NCBI GenBank assembly: GCA_964187785.1
Contig: OZ076409.1
Span: 5,086,001 to 5,150,000 of the forward strand
Length of the DNA: 64,000 nucleotides
Direction: 5' to 3'
Origin: Amphiscolops sp. MND2022
Lineage: Eukaryota
Shown here piece by piece: positions 10,454 to 23,469 of the stretch (position 1 is its first letter; each line of letters begins with the position of its first letter). A program made the translations under genes and the position numbers. The notes beneath the pieces were generated by a model. The model was not told where the DNA came from. It worked only from the letters and a program-made list of their open reading frames with translations, and ran no database searches.

Positions 10454-11509
10454 TTTAAAAATTGATTTGAAAGCCCCAATGCTCCTCTTTCGAACGCTGT
10501 ATAAATCGTTTGTCGGACTTGTATAGTTCAGGAGATATTGCGGTTTAAAGTTGAAGCACCTGATTTTTGGATGCAACAAGATTTTTCCTGGCCAACTTAA
10601 GGATAACAACATCGAAGGAGCTCAGCATTGGAATAAATGAAAAGGCATCTCTCAGGCAATACCGTGATTTGAATTGGAAGGTAATTCTATTCCTTGTGCT
10701 TATCCAAATGTTTCGAGAGCCTCCCAACATGGAAATCTCTGAAAAAACATACTTTTGCTTTTTCGCTCCTGAAAACCATGAAATTATCAACTTTTCACTC
10801 TCACAGAAACATTTTCCAATTTTTGATTCAGATTTGTAGTTCTAATTCGCGGAAGAAATTACTTCCAATTCCTGCTTGAGGAAATACGAATTCTGTTCTG
10901 TTTCACATGAACGTTTCAGAAAATTTAAGCATGTTAGTTCTGTATCCATTAGTTCTATTTCTTTAGTCCGACTTCTCCTTTAGTCCAAAAACTCAAAACA
11001 GCTTTTAGTCTCAATCAAAACAATCGATATAGAATTCCTAAATAAAATTGTTTCAATATCATGACATCATATCAAATTTAAAGAAATTGATAATTCCGGC
11101 AGTCATTTGAGTACCTTGCGAACAAATTGAAGTTTTCGACCCAAGACCTTTCGACCACTTTCCATTCGACCTGTTTCATTCGACCTGTTAGTAAACAGGA
11201 AACAGGTCGAAAGAAACCGATCGAAAGTGCCTGCTGTGTCCGTGATCGAATTCCTCGGATAGAATTCCAGCGATCGAAATCAAAGCGGACGCATATGAGA
11301 CAGTACAAATATCAGAACCAACGAAAAAGAGTGAAGCAGACACACAACTCATGAACAACCAAACTGAAGACTTGGAGGATTCCAAGATCCATTCAAAAAC
11401 CAAGTCAGGACCTAGAAGACTTCCAAAGTTTTCGGGAATATCGTAGCCAACTGCCACACAGCCGACACTGACATCCACAAAATGAAGTACTTTCAGAAAA
11501 ATGTCAAAG

Positions 11510-13930
11510 TTGCATAAGAGGCCTTGATTTAAGCGACTGGGTGCAAGAGCATCAACAACCGTGACATCCCACACCAGCTGTTTACCCATTTTCCAAGGAA
11601 TCATGATAACACCGTCTGGGCCTTTGCCGTCGGTTCGGTACAGTCCACGCGGTTCGAGCTTTGAAGGCAAGTCGAGAGATCCCAACGTCTGCTTTATGAG
11701 AGAATTGAGAGTAGCATGACGTGAGAAGCGACCCGCACTTTTAGTGCAAGAAAGACCGTGTAAACCGTCCCGTTCAACTTTTTCCACAGTGGCAAGTACG
11801 CGCAACAAAGATGTTGGCTCCGACACGTAAACCAATCGGAATTCAAAGCTGCTGATCATCAAGTTTCAGGCCTAGGTTCTTGCAAGGAACAACGTTGAGC
11901 CACTGAGACCCGAATTTGCCTTGATGAGCGTTGAAAACTTTGGTACGTTTGTCATCCATTCAATGAATTAAATCTTGGGTGGTTTTGACGTAGACAGGTT
12001 GGGCCCAGCTTTTCTGGGTTCCATCGAGAGGATTTTCTTGTTCATTCGTGAAGCTCAGCCATTTCTCAACCGCTTTTGTCAATGAAATATCTTCGAAGGT
12101 TTTCGAGAAAATCGTCGTGAGAAAGTCACTCGTACCACAAGTAGAGGCCAAAAAGGCAGGTAGTGCTAATAATGATGCGGATGAAACCCCAAGACCACCT
12201 ATTTCAGCAGGCAGAGCCAGCTGAGTACTCGAAAATTCGTCAAAGTTTACCTTACACACTTTGGCAAGCCCGTCGCGTACGGTTTTCTCATACGTTTTCA
12301 AAAGAGCAGGGTATTTCAAGCAGGTACTGGTTCTCAGGAAATACAACAATTTTGGCAGACTGAAGCAACTTTTCAACATATAAAAACCATAATGCGCATC
12401 CGGTTTGTCAACAATTTCATTAACTTTTCCAGATCGACAATTTTTTTCCAACAAGTGTACTTTCGCTTTCGGGCCAAGCGGTGGACCAAAAATGATCAGT
12501 TCATCGTTTCGTTGGGGTTTTGATCCCGCGGCAGATTTTTTAAAAGATGTTACAATTGTCGATCGTGGTTTTTTGGTGACGTCACTGAAGAAAAAACTTT
12601 CAAACTTCGTGGTATTGATTTTAAGTCCTAGTGTTTTTCCGGCTTCAACAATATTCCTAAGGTCTTTCGAAACGGTCCGGTTATCATTACTTAAATTTCT
12701 TTAGTCGAGGTACCATAGGTTTATTTTCCACTCCAAAATTGAATCCGAAAACGAAACTGGAGACTCAAGATCTTGCTGGGTCCCTTCAGAAGACCTAATC
12801 ACCGAATCACCGTTGGAATGAGAACTGAGTTGGCTTTACGCCGAGTGTGAGTACAGTGTTGAAGAATATACGCTAGATGAGCCTGCTTATCATGCTCTGA
12901 TTACCACTGACGGTCGCCTCGAGAAGGCAAAAATCAATGAACCGAACTGAACAATTGGCGAGAAAATGACTTGAGGCAGTACCGGATGTTGGTCTTCTTA
13001 GATCACCACTCGATGGGAAGGTTGAAGACGCGCCTGATTGCGAGATGATTCCAAGAATAATCGGGAAATTTAGCAACTTATTCGCCAACATGCTTGCTCG
13101 AAAGACCATTTCGGCTTGTTCGATCACTAGTCGTTTCACACCCTACATGGAATGTTGAAATCTTGGAAGTGAAGACAACACTTTTACAAGAACAAAGATG
13201 TGGAATTCCAGCAAGCCTTGTTTTTGCAACCAAAACTTTCGAAAGAAGCTTACGGCACATTCAAAATTACTTACAGTGTGGTTAAGGCACAAGAAAGGTT
13301 CATTTGCATCTCTCCTTGAGATGTTTCAGGAGAGTGGGTTTACCATTCGTAAATTCTTTCCAAACAGAGCAATTGATGCAACGCAAGGTTTAAGTGACAC
13401 ACTTGCTCTGCTTTGGTGAAAATGAGCATATGAAGAACAAAAGAGGGTCCTAAACTCCTTAGTTGAAAAATCAGAAGCCTCTACTACTACCATAAGTATC
13501 TGACGAAGTACTTTGATTGTTGAAAAGCGATCGGTGTTGAAGTGACCAGCAATGAATATTGATATCCATCAAAAGAAGCACTTTCAGAAAAAAACAAGGT
13601 GAACCAAACAAGCAACGAGCAACACCCACAACAGTTTCAACGGAAACTCGACATTATTCGAAAAGTCAGACCGAGACGTCTGAATTTTTCGTTTTCTGAA
13701 AAACTAATACGGGAACTTCTTCACAGCGGACGCATATGAGACAGTGAAATTAACAGAATCAACAAAAAGAGATCGAAGCTGACACATAACGCAGGAACAA
13801 TTAATTTGGAAGTTTGAATATTTCCAAGATCCATCCAAAAACCAAGTCAAGACCTCGAACACTACTTTTTTCGGTAATTATTTTAACCAAATGACACATA
13901 ACCGACACTGAGATCCACCGAAAGAAGCAC
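11510..13930 (-). mobile_element. Decayed RLE-type non-LTR retrotransposon, CRE-like
   Basis: Broken RT motifs (SEGTQQ-DLESP ~12780, NLWYLD* ~12710, LPAEIGGLGVSSA ~12195). Zinc knuckle and restriction-like endonuclease segment HGLSC...RHATLN...EPRGL..DGKGPDG...PWKMGKQLVWDVTVVD. Many stops and frameshifts. Confidence 0.8.
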
Positions 13931-15698
13931 AATCAGGGTGAGCAAAGTAATCCAAACAAACAACGAAAGAAAAAACAGGTTTCCAGAAAAATTGAAAATT
14001 TTGAAAAGTCAGGACATTCGAAAATTCCGTTCGCAGAAAAAAGCCTAAAGGAGTATACCTTCCATCGGAGAGGAATGATACAAATTTAAAAAAACGAATC
14101 AACACAGAGAAGGTGGAAAAGACACACAACACGAGATTACCGGCAATTTTTCTGATGGAGTTCATGTTATTAAAATTTGGTCATTTCATGGGATTCATGC
14201 TTTTGCCCTCTAATGCAACCCAAATTTTTAAAGTATTGCGCTTTTGTGGACCCCATGTTTCTAGAGTATGGCTTTTTTACGGGAATCAAGTTTCTTGAAG
14301 CTTACCGATTTTATGGATTCCAGGTTTTTAATTTTATAGCCCTTTTATGGAAATCATGTTTTTTTGCAGTATGGCACTTTCATGAAACCTGCTCTTCTGT
14401 TACTATCCTCACAAAAAACAAGTCATATTAGGACTCATAATTTCTTCTGGAAGTGGCCACTTTTGCTGAAAGCTCAACATAATTTGAACCCATGTTTTCA
14501 AAGTATGGTTATTTCATGGAATGCATGTTTTTAAAGTATGTTTTTGAAGTTTTAAAGATGAAAAACCGAATAAAGTCACCGTGTTAGACAGAGGAACTCT
14601 AATTTCTGCCTAATTAATGCTGACAGTGAAAACTTGTTTAAAAAGCACGTTTTTCATAATTTGAACAAACTATGGAAACCATTCGTTCCATAAAATGACC
14701 ATAGTATTCTCATAAAATCTTTTTGTATGGTCATTTTATGGCTGAACTGATTTCATAAACACCATATATGACATTTTATGATCTACATGTTTTTCGTATG
14801 GTGGTCAACCCGGGATACTTATCTGGATCTCAAGCCATATGTGAATTTATTTTCGACCGGCACTGTGTGACGTTTTTTGAAAAATTTGAAGTGTCGCAAA
14901 TAGGGTTCCCTTTGGTTTTTGACATTTTCAGTGAGGAAAAAGTCTTTTTGGGCTCCCTTTGGGTTTTTAAGCACTGTGCCACGTTTTTCGGACTGTTTTT
15001 CTGAGCCAACTTACGTCGTTCCCGGTTTTCTTTGACGCTTTGGCGATAATTTTTGAATTTGTGATTTAACCCAAAAGTTGATTCAACCCAAAATGAGGTT
15101 GAGCCTCAATGATACACCTAGATATTTTTTCGAGAATACCTTTCCATTTGAAAGACTTTTCGAAAAAACTGCCATCAGCAATGAATATTTCACTTTTTTG
15201 TTCTTTCCAAAAGTTGTTCAAGTTTGACCGATTCTAGAATATCATGGAATGTTTGGCTCTTTTCTGTTTTCTCCCCCACAACCAAACACTTTTTGTAAAA
15301 TTTGTGAAAAAATTATAACAAAAAGACTTGAATACAAACCAGAAACCTTCAATTTTAAATTTACAGGGTGACAGCTTTGAATTGAGATACAAACTTTGTT
15401 CACACTATTTTTCTTTGTGAATTGACGCAGTCTCAATGAGAAATTGAACGAACATCTTCCTGTTTTGAGTAACAACAACCAGTTAATTCGAACTTAATCA
15501 CAGTCAGAATGTGGGGAAAATGTTTTGTTTAAACGAAAAACTATTATAATGCACGTTAACTTCCGGTTATGGAAAAAGAATGTACTTTTACTTAGGCTAG
15601 TGTTAAATTTTCAAGGAAATTCACTTTCAAAAACTTTGGTGGTAGGGGGGGGGAAACAGAAAAGAGCCGAATTTTTGAGCAATTTCTGTCACTTCCAG

Positions 15699-15876
15699 CT
15701 TCCATACTGCCTCGAGTTCCATCTGCTGGAAAAAGTGGTCACGTGTCGAACATGGTGACGTCACAAGCTGATTCGATGACGTCAGAGCGAGGAGTGTTGA
15801 ATGACGTCACCACTGGGGGGATGCAGAGAGTGAACTCTGTACCACCTGTTCACTTGCAGCCAACTGAACACAACAT
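15699..15876 (+). CDS. Host gene internal exon A (phase 1 to 2)
   Basis: TTCTGTCACTTCCAG acceptor, GTACGT donor, open frame SILPRVPSAGKSGHVSNMVTSQADS...LQPTEHN. Confidence 0.65.
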
Positions 15877-16028
15877 GTACGTGCCACTGATTGCTGTAAA
15901 TACATTCATTTCTTTGATAAATAGAGTGTTAGGAGTCGGAAAAAATTTTCGACTACGTATGCAATTGTGTCGTTTTTTTTCTCCCGACCTTTCATGAAAA
16001 TTTCAAATTTCTCAAAAACTGTCCATAC

Positions 16029-16471
16029 CAGAGATTTGACGCTAATAGCGCTGCTTTAGCGTTAGCGAAGGATTACATTAGCGGAAGTTAGTTAGCGTAA
16101 TACATATTATTTAGCGACCGCTTAGCGATGGCGTTTTCCTATTGGTAAATTTTCTATAACAACGCTTGATTTTGCATCGAACATTACATACATATCACAA
16201 ATTGTCTCTACATACACTGATTCCTCGCAAGAACTGTTATATATATTATCATTTATTTATCTTTACTATGGTTTGAACATAGCTTTACGCAGTAAATAGT
16301 AATGAATTCTTTTTCAGATCGATTTTTAAACAATGTGAATTAAACTTTTCGCTATAGATTTTAATTAGCGTTAGCGATTAGCGACTATCAATTAGCGAAG
16401 TTAGCGATTAGCGATATATAATTAGCGTTAGTTAGTGATTAGCGAAAAAAAATTAGCAAGTCAAATCTCTG
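16029..16471. mobile_element. hAT-type MITE
   Basis: TIR CAGAGATTTGAC / GTCAAATCTCTG, perfect 8-bp TSD GTCCATAC, sub-terminal TTAGCG repeats. Confidence 0.9.
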
Positions 16472-16845
16472 GTCCATACTATTTTTATTATTTCTGCGAT
16501 AGCAAGAATATTATTGAAATCTCAAGATGTCTACTTTTTTTCAGTACAATTCTTCGCACGATTACTGACTAATTCAGATATTTTGTTCGGCAGTGACTAT
16601 AAGCGTGAGAACTGAGTTTCTCAAGCTGTCGACGACATTTCAATTCTCGTGCGATGGAACGAGCGAGTGGTAATAATGCATTCGTGTGCTTGACGTCATT
16701 GAGATGAAGCGAATGTTCGTAATAATGCGTTATTATTCGGTCGTTGAGAGCTTCGCCTGCATTCAAATGCGAATGCCAAACTTCGTCTACGCTTATTAGT
16801 TATATTTTCTTTAGTCCGAGAAGAATTGAAGGCGGTGTAAACTTG

Positions 16846-17161
16846 GATTACGTACCAAATAACATAAGAGCAAATAACATAAGAACAAAATTACTTTCAA
16901 ATATTATTAAAATGAAATTAGTTTCAAATAACATAAAAATAAAACCGAATACCCGGTTAAACAATCGAACTCACGAAATTTTATTTGTAATTTTCATATT
17001 TTTTTTCCAGTGAAACTTTTGAATTGTGAATGATTTTGACCAGTAAAACTCTCTCCTAAACATTTTTATTTTTATGTTCAGTGAAACTCATTTCATTTTT
17101 GTTATTTGAAACTTTCTTTTGTTTTTAAGTTATTTGCTCTTATGTTATTTGTGAATTCACC
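16846..17161. mobile_element. MULE-like MITE
   Basis: 9-bp TSD GTAAACTTG. Perfect 23-bp inverted repeat CAAATAACATAAGAGCAAATAAC at 16856-16878 and 17129-17151. Confidence 0.7.
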
Positions 17162-18122
17162 GTAAACTTGTACAGTGATTCATTGTGCGCTAAATAATGA
17201 CTGAACAGGAGTGTATTGGTATTCCAGATTTGATTCTATTATTAATGAAAGATTAAAGCAGAGATAATAATGTGCACCGGAGGGCAAAGTTTTGCACAGT
17301 CATTCTACACCCGAAGGAGCCCCTGCATGAACAAAGGCATCAAAATCGTTTGACTGGAATGTGAGAAACATAGCCAAAATTAGCCCAAAAATGGCCAAAA
17401 AACAGCCATTTTTCGACTTATTCTGATTTTTGCAAAAACTGTCCATACGATTCGATTGAAAATTTCTGCAGTTATTTTCTACACCATAGTATGGTCCTAT
17501 GTGTGCAATTTCAATAAATTCGTATGACTGGGATTGGAGGGAGTCAGAAGGAAAAACACCTAAGCCGACTCCTTTACCGCATATGCGGCTGTTTGATATT
17601 ATTGTCTAAATAAAATAGCAGAAATTCACGTTTGGAAGAAGCTAAAATTGTATAAAATGGCCCCTATTGCAGCAAAAATTGTGTCCGCTATAAAATCTAA
17701 TGAGCAACTTAACTAACAGTCAATGCAATGGATAGGATTATGTCGACATCAATTATTTCAATTGGACCAAAATTTCAGCGCAAACGATGTCGACATAATG
17801 GTATTTGAACCTTCTGTCTTACTCCCCCCGCCGCAGTTTGGGGGGAAATAGATGACATGATCCCTTCAAGAAATTCTATTTTCCCATCTACTAGTTTTTA
17901 GGAGTCGGAAAAAATTCTCGGCTACTTATGCACTCGTATCTTTTTCTCCTGACCTTTCAATGAAGATTTCAAATTTCTCCCGATTCCTATAAAATTTCCA
18001 TATGGTTCTTATAAATTTAAGCACAGTCATTCTACACCCAAAGGTGCTTCTGCATGCGAAATGACATCAAAATGACTCAGTCTAGGTTAGGATTTGAGAA
18101 ACATAGCCACAGTTAGTCTAAG

Positions 18123-18720
18123 AAGCCGGGTCCGGCCCAAGTCGGCGCCATATCTAAGGCTCAAAAATAGCAAAAGAACTTCAATATTTCAAAGTATTGG
18201 TGAGTTGGGGACCCTTTTATGAAAAAAATTTTTTGGAAAAAAGTCTCACAATGCCGAAAAAACTGAAAGGGAGGACCCTTTGGGGGTTTTCAACATCCAT
18301 TTTGTCGCAAAACATCAAAAAATTGAACGGGGAAATTATTTTCGGAAAAAAATCTCACAGTGCCGAAAGAAAACTGAAAGGGGGGACCCTTTGGGATTTT
18401 CCAACATCGATTCTGTCGCAAAACAGCAAAAAAAATTGAAGGGGGGAACCTTTGGGGAAAATTTTTTTTTGGAAAAAAGTCTCACAATGCCGAAAAAACT
18501 GAAAGGGGGGCCTCTTTGGTCTCCCCCGGTATGGTATGTTACGCGGGAAAACAGGAAAAACCTTTTTGGTTCAGTTCGCTAGGCCAAATGGTGCAATTTG
18601 GTGCAATAATATTTTGTAGAACTTTTGTAGAACTATTTTGGTCAGTTCAGGTGGTCTTAAAAAACACTGACGAAAAGCCATGACTATAGTCGACTCTTTT
18701 CTAACGAAAAGCACCGACTA
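18123..18720 (-). mobile_element. HINE/DINE-1-like family 1 element nested in a family 2 copy
   Basis: One end AAGCCGGG..CGGCCCAAGTCGGCGCCATATCTAAGGCTC, the other end hairpin AGTCG...CCGACT+AAAA. Internal GGGGACCCTTT/GCCGAAAAA repeats. Confidence 0.7.
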
Positions 18721-19148
18721 AAAATCACCAAATGACAAAGTACGTAATTTGTTTTTCAATATTTTAGTCCGTTTCCAACTCCTTTTTACCGCGCATGCGA
18801 CTCTGGTTTTAGCTGTAAACGTTTTTTATTCTACCTTGGTTGCATCCTGGGGATTTTGAAAACTTACGGAAATCTGTTTATAACGTTTCTTGAAATTTCC
18901 TCTTGTCTCAAAAATCAATTTACCTTTCAAAATGATCAATCATTTTTAAAAAATCATTTTCAAAATTTCCACTAAGTCTATTGCTCATCTTAGGGTACCA
19001 ACCTTGGAGAGTTTCAGTACTTTTTGGACCACTACCCAGTATAGATACATTAAGATCCCCTTGATACAAAAGTATAAACCATTATTTCTCATTGAAGCAA
19101 TGAGTTTTTAATTATTCAAACTAATTATTTAATTAGTTAATTTTGCAG

Positions 19149-19319
19149 AGGTGAGCCAGGGGACCCTCAACTGACTGGCATCAATGCAAAAAGTGTACCA
19201 GCGGACACCTATTTGAGTAGAAGTGGCGGCAGTAACAGCCACAGTCCCCCTAAACCCACAATCAACGCCTTCAGTCGCTACAATTACGACAACTCCGTGC
19301 CCCCAGAACCAAACTACAA
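19149..19319 (+). CDS. Host gene internal exon B (phase 2 to 2)
   Basis: TTTTGCAG acceptor, GTACGA donor. Reads GEPGDPQLTGINAKSVPADTYLSRSGGSNSHSPPKP...PEPNY, in phase with exon A. Confidence 0.65.
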
Positions 19320-20141
19320 GTACGAATCCAGGGACCATGTTTCTTAATACCCCTCCCCCAGGTACACTCTGGGAACAAGACTAACACCTTTTATTATTGA
19401 AAACAGTCTTACACGAATGAAACAATATTATATGGCTACAGATACTTAGAGGCAGTGATGGATTTCTAACACAAAAGTTTCATTTCTAATTTTAAAAATG
19501 TTAACATGTTAACACTTTCGTTAGAAAAGAATTTTGACAATTATCAACTGTTGAAAAATCAACTGATTTCGTAGAGCATTTTATAACAAAAAGCTATCTT
19601 TTTCTGGATCGAGTCTGTTCTTTTTGCTATCGCAGATGAAACCCATGGTAGAAAATTTTCGATCGGGTCCATATCAGCTTGGGACTAAAACATCCAGAAT
19701 ATCAGCAACCTTACAAAGCGGATACGACAAATTCGTGAAATTTTTCAGTTTTGGTTTGTTTTGATCGCCAAATTTTTCATATGCTTCTTTCACTCGCAAA
19801 TTATCACCACCAATGAAATTGACAAAATCAGCTTACGCATCTGGGAATTCTTCCTCAATAAAATCAGTGGCTTGATTGGGTGAGATTTTCACCGAGAAAT
19901 TGGGCATGAAGAGAATTCGCTGCATACCGAGATTTATGTATCGATTGACTGTAACTACATTCGGCCTTGTCTAGCCCATCACGGTATTCAGGAGTTCTGA
20001 CCTCGCTGAGTAAGTTGTTCCACGCTTCCACTGCATCTGCCACTGAAACTTTGCCCGACTGCAATTTTTCTAGAGTGCTTGCAACAGGCTTCAAACATGT
20101 TCGACATTCGTCGAATGCTCGGAACAAAAAAGTGTCACCGA

Positions 20142-20562
20142 CAGTGAATTAGGTTTTCCCAAAAAACGCGCTTATCGCTTGTTTCGCTTATGACCGGCAC
20201 GCTTACGCTTAAGCGGCGCTTCTTGGAAGAAAACGCTAGCTCAGCGAATTTTGGTTCTCAAAAGCTGTAATTTTTTGAAAAACATTACGAAATTTTGAAA
20301 ATTTCGATCGGTTACTTCCTTATCTCAACAAACTACCACCACCAGAGACAAATTTTTCTATTGTACTAGTGTCGGGTGAAATTCTCTACAAAAAAACTTG
20401 CCACTGTTAGAGTGGGACACTTTTTGTAACCAAAATAGCTATAATTTCTGACCAATTAGATAAGCGCAAATTTCAGTCGTCGCTTTCGTTGTCGGCGCTT
20501 ATCCGGATATCACGTCGCTTTCGCTTTTTTTGCGCTTCCGCTACAAGCGACCTAATTCACTG
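20142..20562. mobile_element. hAT-type MITE inside the hAT transposon
   Basis: TIR CAGTGAATTAGGT / ACCTAATTCACTG, perfect 8-bp TSD GTCACCGA. Confidence 0.9.
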
Positions 20563-20781
20563 GTCACCGATTGCTTTTCTGATACCGTATCTGTATTTTG
20601 AGTTAACTTCGTGAAAAAGTCATTTGCACAATGTCTCGTAGTTGCTGCCAGTTTTTACGATACCACTCAAAAGTTGCGAGTGAAGAATTCCAGCGTACGT
20701 CAGAGGGTAAAAAAGGGTTGGTTCAACCTGCATCTTTTAATAAACTTCTCGGTATGTTGCCAATGCGGAAAAATTAGGGTA

Positions 20782-20944
20782 CAGTAAACCCTCGATTATC
20801 CGCCACGTTTGGTCAACCGCCAAAAATCTACGGGGACATTTTGCTATACCACCCGTGTCTAAGCTCCCTTGATTAACCGCCACTCTCACTTATCCGCCAT
20901 AATTCGCGCTGGACCAATGGTGGCGGATAATCGAGGGTTTACTG
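20782..20944. mobile_element. 163-bp pogo/Tc1-type MITE
   Basis: TIR CAGTAAACCCTCGATTATCCGCCA, TA TSD. A second copy lies in the opposite orientation at 32236-32397. Confidence 0.9.
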
Positions 20945-22381
20945 TATTTGAATCAACCGTTTCAAAACAATTGTTGAACCAAGATCCCTAGTGAGTAAAT
21001 TGAGTCGTTGGGCACCGCTGCCCAACTCACTGAAATCTCTACTTATGATCGTCCGAGCTCTGACCATAGCTGCTCAATTATCAGTAACCATTCCCGCCAC
21101 TTTGCATTTGTAGAAGTCTTAAGAGAGAGCTATTCGGATTTCAGCTTTTTCTGCAATGTGCTCTGGCGTCTGCGACTCCCACGCGTGTTTAAACAGACCA
21201 AAGGATCCATCTTGCCATCGTACATTATGCTGAACCCAAGTATTGGATCTCCATTCACTTTTGACCACCCATCCATAAAAACCATCACATTTTTCCGCTG
21301 AGATCATTGTGGCAGTACATTACAATTGGGAGTAGATTGCATCCAAATTGTCATTTGCCAGGCGCTTCCCTGACGGAGGTTTATTATCCTGGTGAAGTTT
21401 CTTCATCAATTGTTTGAAATGGGAATTTTCCGCAACGGCAAAGTTTGTATTCGATGATAGGAAAAACTTGTCAACAGATCAATCGATTTTGTCATTTCTG
21501 GGGTGGTTCTAACAGGGAATTGTCCAAGATTAATTACTTTGATGAATGCTTCGCTTCGTTTTGGAGTTTTTCGCGTGTTTTTCGTCATAATGTTTCTTCA
21601 TCCGATTAACTTGATTATATTCATAATTGCAATGGATGCAATTAACTCTCCCGAGTGATATTTCTGTAAATTCACTCCAATTTGAATCACGTTTACGGTC
21701 AGGCATTATCTTAAAGCAATACAAAATTTGCACATTGCAGCTAGTACATATGGGATTAGTTTTAATTGCTTGAATTTGATGGCCAGTTTCTAACAGTAAT
21801 ATCGGACATGTATCTTGATGATAATACTGTAATAACGCGCTTGTTAAAATTAAGCCATCACTGCTTAGAGGATTATCTTTAAAACGGTTTTTGGCACTTT
21901 CACCGAAAAGCCTTTTTTTCCATATTTTTGTTCGAAATAGCGAATATTCACCCCGGGAACAAGTTAAAATTGCATGAAAAGGCCCTCAAGTTAGCACAAT
22001 TTTTCTCTGCCATAACATCTTCTAATAATGAGCAACTTCTAACTGGCAGTCAATGTGAACGATAGGATTATGTAGACATCAATTTTTTATTGGAACGAAA
22101 TATCAGCTCAACGATGTCGACATAATGGTATTTGAACCTTGTTTATTGTTTGCCCCCCGCGGCCACTTAAGGGAGATAAGAAACATGGTCCGATTCCAGT
22201 TTTCGTGATGTGATATTTTTCCTTTGTAATATCAAAAACTCTGACCAAATTACTCAACAAATTACCCCCGCGCGTTATTACTGGAGGGGGTATTTGCCTA
22301 GTATATCTGCTGGGTCCATTTCATAAGTGGACTCCCTTTCATACTGACTCTTTCCGAATTAAAGAAATATTCACCTGAACG

Positions 22382-23469
22382 CAGTTAATTGGCCGCTTAT
22401 TGTGAGACCGCTTTTCCGCATATCGCTTATTTTAGTATACCGCTATTTCGGTTATTTGAAAAATCGGTGTGCGTTCATTCCACCCCAAAATCATTTCACC
22501 CCATATCACTTCACCCCATATCATTTCACCCCACATTCATTTCACCCCATGTTCATTTCACCCCACATTCATTTCACCCCACAATCATTTCACCCCACAT
22601 TCATTTCACGCCATTTTCATTTCACATCATATTGTAATTATACAAAAGCGTCTCGCCTTAATTAACCAATTAGCAATTAAACTTTGATGCCTACTGTTTT
22701 TGAATCAGCTTTCATTTGATTGTCAGTTTCTGGCCGGTAGGATTTTTTGCCGTAGAAACAACCGAATAAGAAATTTTTCGTTGAAGATTCGCAACATCCA
22801 TAATTGTAAATTTTGATTGACAGAAGAAAAATGATTTTTTCAGCGCCTTGTTCAGAAGGATAACAATTCCAATAAGTGAAACTTTTCGGTTTCGAATTTG
22901 TGGTTCACATAGCAACCATCGTTTGCTTATCTAATTGGTAATTAGATTCAAGACGCTTTTCTATTACCGCTAAGATTGAAATTGTGTGGCTTTAGTAATT
23001 AATATGAGACGCATTTGATAATTTAAATGTGGGGTGAAATGAACGTGGGGTGAAATGAACCTGGGGTGAAATGAACCTGGGGTGAAATGAACGTGGGGTG
23101 AAATGATACTAAACCGAAAAATCGCCTATTCCGCTTCCGCTTATCTCTTATTAGGAGAAAAAATGTCAGAATATTCAACTCCAAAATCTCATTCACTTTG
23201 AGAAACATGAGGTTTTCCAACATTTTACTCCCAAGGCGATTCCGTTTCTCGGCTTCGTTTCACACGTGCAAAACAATTTGAAATTTCTTTTGTTTAAAAT
23301 ACATTGGAGACGTTTTGTTATTACGATAATTACGTACAAGTATTTTTCATTTCCGAAGCCGCTTATTTTTTGCTCATTGGAATTTAATTGCCGCTTATAC
23401 TGCTATTGCTTATTTGTTGCCCGCTTACACTTATTTTACCCGCTTACGCTTATAGCGGTTCATTCACTG
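22382..23469. mobile_element. Old hAT-type non-autonomous element
   Basis: Imperfect TIR CAGTTAATTGGCCGC / GCGGTTCATTCACTG, TSD CCTGAACG/CCCGAACG (7 of 8), CCGCTTA sub-terminal repeats. Confidence 0.65.
22466..23115. mobile_element. Foldback-like MITE whose arms are 16-bp tandem repeats
   Basis: GG...CC termini, 8-bp TSD GAAAAATC. (CATTTCACCCCACATT)n on the left and its reverse complement on the right. Confidence 0.75.

Larger units (their letters stand above)
15931..17590 (+). mobile_element. HINE/DINE-1-like family 2 element with nested insertions; other copies at 17900-18806, 23537-~23690 (partial) and 26355-31275
   Basis: 5' AGGAGTCGGAAAAAATTTTCGACT hairpin, 3' sub-terminal inverted GACTCCT followed by stem-loop CCGC-ATAT-GCGG. 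T-rich flanks, no TSD. Internal blocks are shared among the copies. Confidence 0.6.
19453..21863 (-). mobile_element. Decayed autonomous-type hAT transposon with two nested MITEs
   Basis: TIR CAGTGATGG / CCATCACTG and perfect 8-bp TSD CTTAGAGG. Transposase relics: BED finger (W..F...CIHC...MKKHYDEKH), MDGWS (~21270), DVRWNSS (~20695) and a dimerisation-like DRKFSTMG (~19655). Confidence 0.9.

Noticed and set aside
14100..14800. Degenerate CATG/TTTTATGG-rich periodic sequence (a CATG-rich tract also at 52685-52842)
   Set aside because: Too decayed to define a unit or termini by eye.
22389..23223. ORFs with FHP/ISPH/HFTP repeats
   Set aside because: Translations of the 16-bp tandem repeats in the foldback arms.
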